A stretch of DNA of 57,365 nucleotides. Source: Bacillota bacterium (GTDB lineage Bacteria; Bacillota; Clostridia; Saccharofermentanales; UBA5734). The position numbers and the translations under genes are program-made. The stretch covers positions 1 through 57,365 of the forward strand of contig JAKPNJ010000156.1 of NCBI GenBank assembly GCA_029548445.1, given 5' to 3'. Numbering within the stretch: the first letter of the stretch is position 1; every line of letters begins with the position of its first letter. The notes under the pieces are model-generated. The model was not told the DNA's origin. It ran no database searches and was given only the letters and a program-made list of their open reading frames with translations. Of this stretch, positions 15,889 to 24,887 are shown in pieces.

Positions 15889-18499
15889 AATCGGAACCGG
15901 CCTGCGACCGGTCCGACTGACCTGCGACGACTGTGTCGATCCTATCGGCATCGACAGCCGCCAGCCTCTTTTCGGATGGCGCCTGGAAGGGGCCGGGCGG
16001 GAACGCCGGCAGACGGCGTTCCGTCTTCTCGTCTCGGCCAGCGAAGCCTCCGCCGCCGCCGGGATCGGGGACCTGTGGGATTCCGGCCCGGTGGCGTCCG
16101 ACCTGCAGTTCGGGATCCGGTACGAGGGCGCGCCCCTGGCCTGCACCACCCGGTATTTCTGGCGGGCGAAGGTGTGGGACGAAGCGGGACAGGCCTCGGA
16201 ATGGAGCGGGATCGCGTCCTTTGTAACCGGCTTCTTCGGCATGGAGGACTGGACCGCCCGCTGGTTCGACGCAACCTGGGACGCGCTCCTCGCCAGGCGG
16301 GAATTCCGGATCGACGGGCCGGAGTCGATCTCCGAGGCTTTCCTCTTTGTCGCCGCCATCGGCGGATACGCCAATTCCGTCCAGGTCCGCCTGAACGGCC
16401 ATGTCCTGGGAGACAACGTGCTGTTCCCGGGTCCGACGGAGTTTTTCCGGGCCCGGTATCTCGGCTTCGATGTCACGAGCCGGCTGGTGCCCGGGCCCAA
16501 CACCCTGGGACTTGTCCTGACCCGGAGAACCAGCGCCATCCTGGTCGTCCGCTCCCGGGACGGCAGCGTGACCCGGCTCGAAACCGACGACAGCTGGCAG
16601 ACCCTGCCGAAGGGCCCGTTCGTCGAGCTGCCCGGGCTGGGGACGTTCATGGCGGGACGATACGAGACCTTTGACGCCCGCGGGAACCCGTCGGGGTGGG
16701 ACCTGCCGGGCTTCGCCGCCGACGCCTGGAAGCCCCATGAATGGAAGGGATGGTGGACCGCCCCGATCCGCCTGGCGTATGCACGGTGCGGTGTCCGGAT
16801 CGCCCGGACGTTCCGGCCGGTGGGCCTTTCGCGAAAGGACGACGGTCGGCTGGTGGCGGACTTCGGCCAGAACCTTTCCGGATTCGTCCGGATGCGCTGC
16901 CGCGGCCCCCGCGGCACGGCCGTCACAATCCGCTACGCCGAAACCCTCGATGGGCAGGGCGAGATCGATCCCGCGAGCCTGGCTTCCGACAATCCCCCCT
17001 ACGCCACCCGGTACATCCTGGCCGGCGACGGCCCGGAGGTCTACCAGCCGACCTTTTTCTACACGGGATTCCGCTATGTCGAGATCAGCGGTTTTCCTGG
17101 AGAACCGGGCGAATCGGACTTCGAGGCCTGCTTCCTCCACAGCGACGTGGAGACCGGGTCCCGATTCGAGTGCGGCGACCCGGACGTGAACCGGCTGGCG
17201 GACTGCGCCGCCATGAGCTTCCTCTCCAATCTCGTCAACATCCCCACGGACTGTCCCGGCCGGGAACGGCGGGGATGGACGGCGGACGCGTTTACCGTGT
17301 CCGAAGCGGAGTGCATCCGGTTCGACATGCTGAACCTCTATCGCCGATGGTTCGACGACTGCCGGGATGTCCAGCGAAAGTCGGGCTGGATTCCCGTGGA
17401 ATTCCCCCTGGACACCGTCCGGGCCATCGACGTGATCTGGCCCTGCGCCTGCGTGCTGGTTCCCTGGGATGTCTACCAGGCGTACGGGGATATCCGGTTC
17501 CTGGAAGAGCAGTTCGACACCATGATCGGCTATGTGAATTTCATGGGCACCGTGGCCCGGGACCTGTGCCGGTTCAGCCCCGATTCCTGCGTCTCCTTCG
17601 GCGACTGGGTGTCGTCGGATCCCGCGTCCAAGCCCTTCGTCGCGGCGGTCTATTACTATGCCGTGCTGGACCGGGTGTCGCGGATCGCGGGCCTCCTGGA
17701 CCGCCCGGCCGAGCGGGACCGGTACGGCGACCTGGCCCGGCGGGTCCGGGCGCGCATCAACGATCTCCATCTCCGCCGGGAAGGCGGGACGGCGTTTTAC
17801 GACAATGGTTCCCAGAGCGCCAATGCCCATGCCCTGTTCTTCGGGCTGGTGCCGGCCGGCGACCGGGACGCCGTGGCGGAGAGCCTCCTGGCCCGCATCC
17901 GGGCCGACGGCACCAACACCACGGGCTTCCTGGGGCTCATGTGCCTCCTGCAGGTCCTGGCCGACATCGGCCGGAACGACCTGGCGTACGCCCTCGTGAC
18001 CAACCCGAATCCCGGAGGCTGGCTCCACATGGTCCGAAAGAGGGACCTGACCACCCTGGCGGAGGATTTCGACGTGGACACCTTCGCGGACCGGTACCTG
18101 GTGCCGGCCTCCCTCAACCACGCTTTCCTGGGGGGCTCCCTGAGCGCCTGGCTGTTCCGCCACCTGGCCGGAATCCAGCCGCGATCCCCCGGATACCGGG
18201 AGATCTCCATCCGGCCGTACCTGCCCGACGGGCTCGACTCCGCGTCGGCCGCCATCGACACGAGGTACGGGATCATCGCAGCTTCGTGGCGCCGGCTCGG
18301 CCCGGACCGCCTGGTGCTCGACCTCGACATCCCCCACGGCACGACCGCAGTCGTCACGGTGCCGGCCGCCCGCCCGGACCGGGTAACCTGCCGGGAATTC
18401 GGGGCAGGGGACCTGGCGGCCCGCCTGGCCGGATGCGACGGACACACCGTGTCCTTCCGGCTGGGGTCCGGCGCCTGCCGCCTGGAAGTCGGGCCTTGA
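15878..18499 (+). CDS. GH78 alpha-L-rhamnosidase
   Basis: About 873 aa. DPIGIDSRQPLFGWRL (rhamnosidase N-domain) and IPTDCPGRERRGWTADA (six-hairpin catalytic domain motif). ATG 15878 follows GGGAGGGGAG and overlaps the upstream stop by 11 nt. Confidence 0.85.
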   Translation: MAHEIGTGLRPVRLTCDDCVDPIGIDSRQPLFGWRLEGAGRERRQTAFRLLVSASEASAAAGIGDLWDSGPVASDLQFGIRYEGAPLACTTRYFWRAKVWDEAGQASEWSGIASFVTGFFGMEDWTARWFDATWDALLARREFRIDGPESISEAFLFVAAIGGYANSVQVRLNGHVLGDNVLFPGPTEFFRARYLGFDVTSRLVPGPNTLGLVLTRRTSAILVVRSRDGSVTRLETDDSWQTLPKGPFVELPGLGTFMAGRYETFDARGNPSGWDLPGFAADAWKPHEWKGWWTAPIRLAYARCGVRIARTFRPVGLSRKDDGRLVADFGQNLSGFVRMRCRGPRGTAVTIRYAETLDGQGEIDPASLASDNPPYATRYILAGDGPEVYQPTFFYTGFRYVEISGFPGEPGESDFEACFLHSDVETGSRFECGDPDVNRLADCAAMSFLSNLVNIPTDCPGRERRGWTADAFTVSEAECIRFDMLNLYRRWFDDCRDVQRKSGWIPVEFPLDTVRAIDVIWPCACVLVPWDVYQAYGDIRFLEEQFDTMIGYVNFMGTVARDLCRFSPDSCVSFGDWVSSDPASKPFVAAVYYYAVLDRVSRIAGLLDRPAERDRYGDLARRVRARINDLHLRREGGTAFYDNGSQSANAHALFFGLVPAGDRDAVAESLLARIRADGTNTTGFLGLMCLLQVLADIGRNDLAYALVTNPNPGGWLHMVRKRDLTTLAEDFDVDTFADRYLVPASLNHAFLGGSLSAWLFRHLAGIQPRSPGYREISIRPYLPDGLDSASAAIDTRYGIIAASWRRLGPDRLVLDLDIPHGTTAVVTVPAARPDRVTCREFGAGDLAARLAGCDGHTVSFRLGSGACRLEVGP

Positions 18500-18546
18500 C
18501 CCGGTATCCGGATCCATTCATCATGATGGGAAGGGAGAATTCCGGC

Positions 18547-19908
18547 ATGCCGACGACCCATGACCCTCGCCCCAACCTGGTATTTATCCTCACGGACGAC
18601 CAGCGGTTCGACGCCCTGGGCTGCGCGGGGAATCCCATCATCCAAACCCCGCACCTGGATGCCCTGGCGGCATCGGGCACCCGCTTCACCAACGCCTTCG
18701 CGACGACGCCCATCTGCGCCGCCAGCCGGGCCAGCCTCTTCACGGGACTGTACGAACGGACCCACCGGATGACCTTCGGAACGCCCCCCCTGGCGGACCG
18801 GTTCGTCGACATGAGCTATCCCGTCCTGCTCCGGGAAGCGGGGTATCGAACCGGATTTTCCGGCAAGTTCGGCATCAGCGTTCATCCCGGCGCAGAGGAC
18901 CGGATGTTCGACGATTTCGTGCCCATGACCCAGCCGCCCTACTTCCAGCCCGGGCCGGACGGCCGGATGCGGCACCTGACGGATCTCGAGGGGGACGCCG
19001 CCCTGGCGTTCCTCGATACGGTGCCGGCAGGCACGCCTTTCTGCCTGTCCCTCAGTTTCAACGCCCCCCATGCCGATGACCAGGACCCGCTCCAGTATTT
19101 CTGGCAGGCCGAGTGCGACGGGCTGTACGAAGAGGACACGATTCCCGTCCCGGCCACCATGACGGACGACATTTTTCTGGCCCAGCCGGACTTCCTCCGG
19201 AACTCGGAAAGCCGGGTGCGGTTCAACTGGCGGTTCGACGAGCCCGAAAAGTACCAGCGGATGGTCAAGGGGTACTACCGGATGATCACGGGGATCGACC
19301 GGGTCGTGGGCCGGATCCGGCAGGACCTGGACCGGCGGGGCCTTGCGGAGAATACGGTGATCGTCTTCATGTCGGACAATGGCTACTTCCTGGGGGAACG
19401 GGGATTTGCGGACAAGTGGTACATGTACGAGTACTCGCTCCGGGTCCCGCTGATCGTCTGCGACCCACGGATCCATAACCAGCCGGCAACGGTGGACGCC
19501 ATGGCGCTGAATGTCGATATCGCCGCCACCCTGCTTGATTTCGCCGGGGTCGGGCCGGCCCCCCTGCAGCAGGGGAGGAGCCTGGTTCCCCTAATCCGGG
19601 GCCGCGATGCCGGCGGCTTCCGGGAGGACTTCCTCTGCGAGCACCTGTTCGAGCACCCCGGAATCCCGAAAAGCGAGGGAGTCCGGACCGGGCGGATGAC
19701 CTACTTCCGCTGGATCGGCCAGGACCACGACGCGGAGGAGCTCTACGACCATGTCGCCGACTTCGACGAGATCCGGAACCTGGTGGGAGACCCCGGCTGC
19801 CGGGAGGCGAAGGCGACGCTTCTGCGCCGGATGGAAACGCTGCTGGAGCAATGCGGCCGGGCACGGGACGAGGCGCTGTCGGCCGATCGGCGCATCCCGC
19901 CGGACTGA
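18547..19908 (+). CDS. S1-family (formylglycine-dependent) sulfatase, no signal peptide
   Basis: LVFILTDDQRFDALG ... TPICAASRASLFTGLY (C-x-A-x-R formylglycine motif). SD GGGAAGGGAGAA lies before ATG 18547. The track ORF 16741..19908 is the same frame with a spurious upstream extension across the GH78 gene. Confidence 0.9.
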   Translation: MPTTHDPRPNLVFILTDDQRFDALGCAGNPIIQTPHLDALAASGTRFTNAFATTPICAASRASLFTGLYERTHRMTFGTPPLADRFVDMSYPVLLREAGYRTGFSGKFGISVHPGAEDRMFDDFVPMTQPPYFQPGPDGRMRHLTDLEGDAALAFLDTVPAGTPFCLSLSFNAPHADDQDPLQYFWQAECDGLYEEDTIPVPATMTDDIFLAQPDFLRNSESRVRFNWRFDEPEKYQRMVKGYYRMITGIDRVVGRIRQDLDRRGLAENTVIVFMSDNGYFLGERGFADKWYMYEYSLRVPLIVCDPRIHNQPATVDAMALNVDIAATLLDFAGVGPAPLQQGRSLVPLIRGRDAGGFREDFLCEHLFEHPGIPKSEGVRTGRMTYFRWIGQDHDAEELYDHVADFDEIRNLVGDPGCREAKATLLRRMETLLEQCGRARDEALSADRRIPPD

Positions 19909-19974
19909 CCGCAGCGGCGGGGAACGCGTCCCGGAAGCATGGGCGAGAATGTCCGGAATCGCGCCGGATTCATC

Positions 19975-20005
19975 CTGACATCCGGCCAGTCCCGGGTGAT
20001 AGTAT
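19975..20005 (+). promoter_or_regulatory. promoter candidate (cTGACAt - about 18 nt - TGaTAGTAT)
   Basis: The -35-like CTGACA is at 19975-19980 and the extended -10 TG-a-TAGTAT at 19997-20005. The -10 overlaps ATG 20004. If the promoter is real, the binding-protein gene starts further downstream (TTG 20082 after GGGGAGAGAGGGAG). Confidence 0.3.
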
Positions 20006-23000
20006 GAAGGTGTTTCATGTGCAATTCCGCCATCGGCAAACGAGGGCGGGACGACGCCGAATCATCGGGGAGAGAGGGAGCTTGACCAGACGCAACGGGA
20101 TCCTGGCCGCCAGGCGATTCGCCGCCATTCTCTGCCTGCTGGCCCTGTGCCCCGCCATCGGGGGACAGGGGGTCCGGGCGGTGTCGGCTGACGCCAGGCT
20201 GCGGGACAAGCTGGACCTCCGGGAGGACGCGGGAGATACGGGCTTCTCCCAGCTGGTCCGGGATTTCGTCGACTACGCGCAGCTGCAGGCGCGGTACGCG
20301 GAACTCGGTCTCCAGGCGCCGGACGTCCCGCCCCTGGTCCTGCCGGTCCGGGACGCGGTCCGCTCGAACGGCGACCCGGCGGACCCGGTCGCGGGGTATG
20401 CCGGACGGACCGGCGACGTCCTGCTGTGGGACGACGGGGAGCCTTCCTACGAGTGGTCGTTCCTGGTTTCGGAAGAAGGGCTGTATGAGATCGAGGTCGA
20501 GTATTACCCGCTGCCGGACGCGGTGACGGACATCCAGCGCAGCCTGTACATCGACGGCGAGAACCCGTGCCGGCAGGCCAACAACGTCTTTTTCAACCGG
20601 AACTGGGTCGAAACCGGCGACATCCTGACAACCCCCGATGGCGACCAGAAGGCTCCGAGGCTGAAGCAGGCCCCGGCCTGGTCCGCAACGCGGATCCGGG
20701 ATTCGGTGGGGATGTACCCGGACGCCCTGCAGTTCCATTTCAGCAAGGGCCGGCATACGGTCCGGCTGGGATACGTCAATTCGCCCCTGGCCATCGCAGG
20801 GGTCCGGATCCTGCCCGCTTCCTCCCCGCCTTCCTATGCCGAGGTGGAAGCCGGCTGGGGAGGGGATGCGGTCCCGTATGACGGCGCTCCCCTTGTCCTG
20901 CAGGCCGAGGAAGCCGCGTTCCGCTCCCACCGGATCCTCCGGCGGATCTATGATTCGGATCCGGGCACCACGCCGTCTCCCCGGGGCAATGTGGTCATGA
21001 ACGCCATCGGGGGAGGGCGCTGGAACACCGGCAACCAGGAAATCGCCTGGACGGTGGATGTTCCCGAGGACGGCCTGTATCGCCTCGGGTTCCGGGTCCG
21101 CCAGGGATTCAGCCTGGGCATCAGCGTCCACCGCCGGATCGAGATCGACGGGGGGGTGCCCTATGCGGAACTGCTGGCCTACCCGTTCGAGTACGATGAC
21201 CAGTGGAGAACCCGGGAGCTCCTGGCACCCGACGGAAGTCCCATGCTGGTTCGTCTCGACAAGGGGACCCATACGATTTCCATGAGCGTCGTGACCGGGC
21301 AGCTGACTCCCCTGATCAACGAGCTGGAAGACATGAACTTCCTGCTGTCGGACATCCTCCAGGACATCACGACCGTGACCAGCACGGTCCCCGACCCCAA
21401 TTTCGACTATCGCCTGGACAAAACCATTCCCTGGATCATCGACGACCTGAAGGCCCTCTCTGCCAGGCTCAAGGCCCAGGCCGACTATGTCGACGCCATC
21501 AGTTCGCGGCGCCCCCCCGTGGCCAACACCCTGGCGTCCACCGCCGCCGAAGTGGACGGACTCGTCCGGTCCCCGTCCAGGATCCCGGCGAAGCTGAACG
21601 ACATGTTCAGCATGCAGACGACGCTTTCGTCCTGGTTTACCGAGCTTCGAAACCAGCCGCTGTCCATGGATTACCTGGTCCTGGCCCCCGCCGGCCGAAG
21701 CCCCGCGGACCCGAGGACGAGCCTGGGGCAGAAGCTGCTGGCGACCCTCCGGAATTTCCTCCAGTCCTTTACCAAGGATTATTATCGGATCGACTCGTCC
21801 CGGCCGGACGACCCGGGGGACCGGGACGTCCTCGAGGTCTGGGTCTCCCGGGCCAAGGAGTGGGCGGAGCTGCTCCAGCAACTGGTGGACGAGGACTTCA
21901 CGCGGGACACGGGGATCCTGGTCGATGTCAACATGCTGCCCCCCGCGTCCACCGGTGCCGCGGCCACCAGTCCCCTGATGCTGTCCGTCATTTCCGGGAA
22001 GGCTCCCGACGTGGCGCTGGGCAGCGACGGCGGCGCCCCGGTCGAGTACGCCATCCGCCAGTCGACGGTGGACCTGTCCGCTTTCGACGATTTCGAGGAG
22101 GTCAGCGCCCGGTTCCTCCCTGGTGCCATGATCCCCCTGGGCTTCCGCGGAGGCGTCTACGCCCTCCCGGAAACCATGGACTTCCCGCTGCTCTTCTACA
22201 GGAGTGATATTGTCTCGCGGCTGGGGATCGAGCTGCCGGATACCTGGGAGGACGTGTTCCGCAAGACGCTGCCCAGCCTCCGGCAGAACGGCACCCAGAT
22301 GTTCATGCGGATCGGGTTCGACGCCTTCCTGTTCCAGAACGGCGGGCAGCATTACCGGGACAACGGGACCCGCTCCGCCCTGGACTCGGAGGCCGCCTAC
22401 AAGTCCTTTGTCCAGTGGACGGACGCCTATGTCGTCTACCGGATGGAACTCGCCGCCGACCTCCTGAACCACTTCCGGATCGGGAGCATCCCCATCGCCA
22501 TCGGCACCATGGGCGACTACATCACGATCTCCCGGGCCGCTCCCCAGATTTACGGCCGGTGGAGCATCCGCCCGATTCCCGGGACCCTGCGGCCGGACGG
22601 GACCATCGACCGGACGGCCGGCGGCGGCATCAGCACCGCCATGATCATGGCCCAGACCGGGATGGCGGAGGAAGCCTGGGCATTCCTGAAATGGTGGACG
22701 TCGGCGGAGACCCAGGTCATGTTCGGGTCGGAGATCGAGGCCATCGTCGGTCCGGAGGCCCGATGGCTCAGCGCGAACCTGGAGGCCTTCCGCAAGATCG
22801 GCTGGAATCCCGACCACCTGGCCGTCATGGAGGAATCCTGGAAGTGGTTCCGGAACCCGCAGAATGTGCTGGGCGGGTACTTCACGGGGCGGCACCTGCT
22901 GAATGCGTGGACCCGGGTCGTGCTGGGCAACAGCAAGGCGCGGGATTCCCTGGAGGTCGCCATCGAGGCGATCAACCGGGAACTGGATCGGAAGAACGAG

Positions 23001-23030
23001 GAGTACCGGGACATTTACGGCCTGGGTTGA
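20004..23030 (+). CDS. very large extracellular solute-binding protein (ABC, CUT1-type) with N-terminal CBM-like beta-sandwich modules
   Basis: About 1008 aa from ATG 20004. The alternative TTG 20082 gives a clean signal peptide, RRNGILAARRFAAILCLLALCPAIGG. Two similar modules are present (LYEIEVEYYPL...RLGYVNSPLAIAGVRILP and LYRLGFRVRQG...KGTHTISMSV). The C-terminal half has the family-1 sugar-binding protein pattern (LEVWVSRAKEW..., PETMDFPLLFYR, WTSAETQ). Confidence 0.75.
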   Translation: MKVFHVQFRHRQTRAGRRRIIGERGSLTRRNGILAARRFAAILCLLALCPAIGGQGVRAVSADARLRDKLDLREDAGDTGFSQLVRDFVDYAQLQARYAELGLQAPDVPPLVLPVRDAVRSNGDPADPVAGYAGRTGDVLLWDDGEPSYEWSFLVSEEGLYEIEVEYYPLPDAVTDIQRSLYIDGENPCRQANNVFFNRNWVETGDILTTPDGDQKAPRLKQAPAWSATRIRDSVGMYPDALQFHFSKGRHTVRLGYVNSPLAIAGVRILPASSPPSYAEVEAGWGGDAVPYDGAPLVLQAEEAAFRSHRILRRIYDSDPGTTPSPRGNVVMNAIGGGRWNTGNQEIAWTVDVPEDGLYRLGFRVRQGFSLGISVHRRIEIDGGVPYAELLAYPFEYDDQWRTRELLAPDGSPMLVRLDKGTHTISMSVVTGQLTPLINELEDMNFLLSDILQDITTVTSTVPDPNFDYRLDKTIPWIIDDLKALSARLKAQADYVDAISSRRPPVANTLASTAAEVDGLVRSPSRIPAKLNDMFSMQTTLSSWFTELRNQPLSMDYLVLAPAGRSPADPRTSLGQKLLATLRNFLQSFTKDYYRIDSSRPDDPGDRDVLEVWVSRAKEWAELLQQLVDEDFTRDTGILVDVNMLPPASTGAAATSPLMLSVISGKAPDVALGSDGGAPVEYAIRQSTVDLSAFDDFEEVSARFLPGAMIPLGFRGGVYALPETMDFPLLFYRSDIVSRLGIELPDTWEDVFRKTLPSLRQNGTQMFMRIGFDAFLFQNGGQHYRDNGTRSALDSEAAYKSFVQWTDAYVVYRMELAADLLNHFRIGSIPIAIGTMGDYITISRAAPQIYGRWSIRPIPGTLRPDGTIDRTAGGGISTAMIMAQTGMAEEAWAFLKWWTSAETQVMFGSEIEAIVGPEARWLSANLEAFRKIGWNPDHLAVMEESWKWFRNPQNVLGGYFTGRHLLNAWTRVVLGNSKARDSLEVAIEAINRELDRKNEEYRDIYGLG

Positions 23031-23056
23031 CGGGCCTGAACCCGGAAGGGGAACGG

Positions 23057-23986
23057 ATGGGAAACGGAACCGGAATGGAAATGGATCGAGTCCGCAGCCA
23101 CGTCCGCATGCAGCGATACAGGATGTACGCGGCGGGCTATGCCATGATCGCCCCGTTTTTCGTCCTCTTCCTCCTGTTCAACGTGCTGCCGATCCTCTGG
23201 GGGTTCATTCTGAGCTTTACCCACTACAACATCATCCAGCCCATGCGGTTCGCCGGCCTGACCAACTACATCGAGCTCCTGACCAATGACGACCTCTTCA
23301 TGGTCGCCTTCCGCAATACCTTTACCTTCGCCATGATTTCCGGTCCCATCGGGTTCATGTCCTCCTTCTTCTTCGCCTGGATCATCAACCAGCTTCGCTT
23401 CCGCAACGCCTTCTCCCTGGCCTTCTATGCGCCCTCCATCGCCAGCGGCACGGCCATCGGCGTCGTCTGGCTCGTCATGTTCTCCCCCGACCGCCTGGGG
23501 ATCATCAACAACGTCCTCCTGCGGCTTGGCGTGATCAACGACCCGATCCGATGGACCATCGACCCGGTCTACATCCTGCCCCTGATCATCCTGATTTCCA
23601 TCTGGATGAGCCTCGGCGCCGGCTTCCTGACCAACCTGGCAGGCCTCAACAACATCCCGTACCACCTGTACGAGGCCGGCCGGATCGACGGCATCCGGAA
23701 CCGGTTCCAGGAACTCGTGTTCATTACCCTCCCCCAGATGAAGCCCTACCTGCTGTTCTCCGCCATCATGTCCACCGTCAGTGCCCTGAACGTCGGGGCC
23801 ATGGCCGCCCAGGTGGCAGGCTTCCCGAGCCCCGACTACGCGGCCCACACCATCGTGCTGCACATGCAGGACCACGGCTTCCTGCGGTTCGAGCTGGGCT
23901 ACGCGTCCGCCATCGCCTTCATCCTGTTCCTGTTCAACTTTTCTCTCGGCCGGATTTTCATGAAGATGCTGTCGTCCAACGACTGA
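23057..23986 (+). CDS. carbohydrate ABC transporter permease (pair A, subunit 1)
   Basis: 309 aa, 6 TM pattern, EAA loop YEAGRIDGIRNRFQELVFITLPQM. Confidence 0.9.
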   Translation: MGNGTGMEMDRVRSHVRMQRYRMYAAGYAMIAPFFVLFLLFNVLPILWGFILSFTHYNIIQPMRFAGLTNYIELLTNDDLFMVAFRNTFTFAMISGPIGFMSSFFFAWIINQLRFRNAFSLAFYAPSIASGTAIGVVWLVMFSPDRLGIINNVLLRLGVINDPIRWTIDPVYILPLIILISIWMSLGAGFLTNLAGLNNIPYHLYEAGRIDGIRNRFQELVFITLPQMKPYLLFSAIMSTVSALNVGAMAAQVAGFPSPDYAAHTIVLHMQDHGFLRFELGYASAIAFILFLFNFSLGRIFMKMLSSND

Positions 23987-24003
23987 CACGGAGGAAACCG
24001 GAT

Positions 24004-24876
24004 ATGCGACTGGCCCGTTCACGGGAAGGCATCGGCAACAGGATCACCACGGGGTGGGTCGTTACGTATGCGTTGATGATTCTTCTGGTGGCGTTTACCT
24101 CCCTGCCCCTGGTTTACCTCCTGGTGTCGGCATTCAAGCCCCTGGACGAACTGGTCCTCTATCCCCCCCGGTTCTTTGTCCGGCGGCCTACCGTCGAGGG
24201 ATTCCTGGACCTCTTTACGGCGCTGGACAGCCAGGAGATTCCCTTTACCCGGTATCTTTTCAACAGCCTGTTCACCACCTCCGCCAATGTGCTGCTGATC
24301 GTCCTGATCTCGACCATGGGGGCCTACGGCCTGGACAAGATCAAGCTGCCCGGCGGCCGGGCCCTGTTCCGGATCGTGATCCTGGGCCTCATGTTCTCGC
24401 CTCCCGCAGCCCAGATCCCCATTTACATGGCCATCAACTCCCTGGGCATCCTGGACACCTATTGGGCGCTGATCATCCCGAAGCTGGCGACACCCATGTT
24501 CTTTTTCCTGCTGAAGCAGTTCATGTCCCAGGTTCCCCTGGAAATGGTCGAATCTGCCCGAATGGACGGCGCCGGTGAATTTGGCGTGTATCGGCGCATC
24601 GTCCTGCCGATGATCAAGCCGGCCATCGCGACCGTGGTCGTCTTCGCGTTCATCGACAACTGGAACGACGCCGGACCCTCCACCATCTACATCACCCGGC
24701 AGGCCATGCGGACCTTGCCGTTCGCCCTGGGAACCATATTCTCCGGGGGAGTCATCGCCCGCCTGGCCGCCCAGAATGCCGCCGCCCTGCTGACGATCCT
24801 CCCGACGATCCTCCTGTACCTTGTCATGCAGTCGAAGGTCATCCGAACCATGGCCTATTCCGGCCTGAAGGGCTGA
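24004..24876 (+). CDS. carbohydrate ABC transporter permease (pair A, subunit 2)
   Basis: 290 aa. SD GGAGGAAA before ATG 24004. EAA loop VESARMDGAGEFGVYRRIVLPMIKP. Confidence 0.9.
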   Translation: MRLARSREGIGNRITTGWVVTYALMILLVAFTSLPLVYLLVSAFKPLDELVLYPPRFFVRRPTVEGFLDLFTALDSQEIPFTRYLFNSLFTTSANVLLIVLISTMGAYGLDKIKLPGGRALFRIVILGLMFSPPAAQIPIYMAINSLGILDTYWALIIPKLATPMFFFLLKQFMSQVPLEMVESARMDGAGEFGVYRRIVLPMIKPAIATVVVFAFIDNWNDAGPSTIYITRQAMRTLPFALGTIFSGGVIARLAAQNAAALLTILPTILLYLVMQSKVIRTMAYSGLKG

Positions 24877-24887
24877 CGGAGGAACGC

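Noticed and set aside
12739-16926. Very long track ORFs on the opposite strand or in alternative frames: 12739..16926 (-, 1395 aa), 31845..36026 (-, 1393 aa), 19743..22895 (-, 1050 aa), 1223..4642 (+, 1139 aa), 6939..9383 (-, 814 aa), 37600..39690 (-, 696 aa).
   Set aside because: Their translations are Arg/Pro/Gly/Asp-rich low-complexity strings with no motifs. Each lies antisense or out of frame to a gene with clear family signatures. Long stop-free antisense frames are expected at this GC content.
18700-18730. The C-A-A-S-R motif in sulfatase 1 as a novel or inactive active site.
   Set aside because: The accepted formylglycine core motif is (C/S)-x-(P/A)-x-R, so Ala at +2 is a known variant and not evidence of novelty or inactivation.
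16741-19908. N-terminal extensions of track ORFs that appear to fuse neighbouring genes: 16741..19908, 22415..23986, 23551..24876, 26155..29748, 30407..31660, 36490..38442, 50179..53412, 64..1080.
   Set aside because: The real genes begin at internal ATGs that are preceded by SD sequences and followed by signal peptides or family motifs. The upstream parts overlap the preceding gene in another frame and translate to junk. These ORFs were trimmed rather than called as fusions or pseudogenes.
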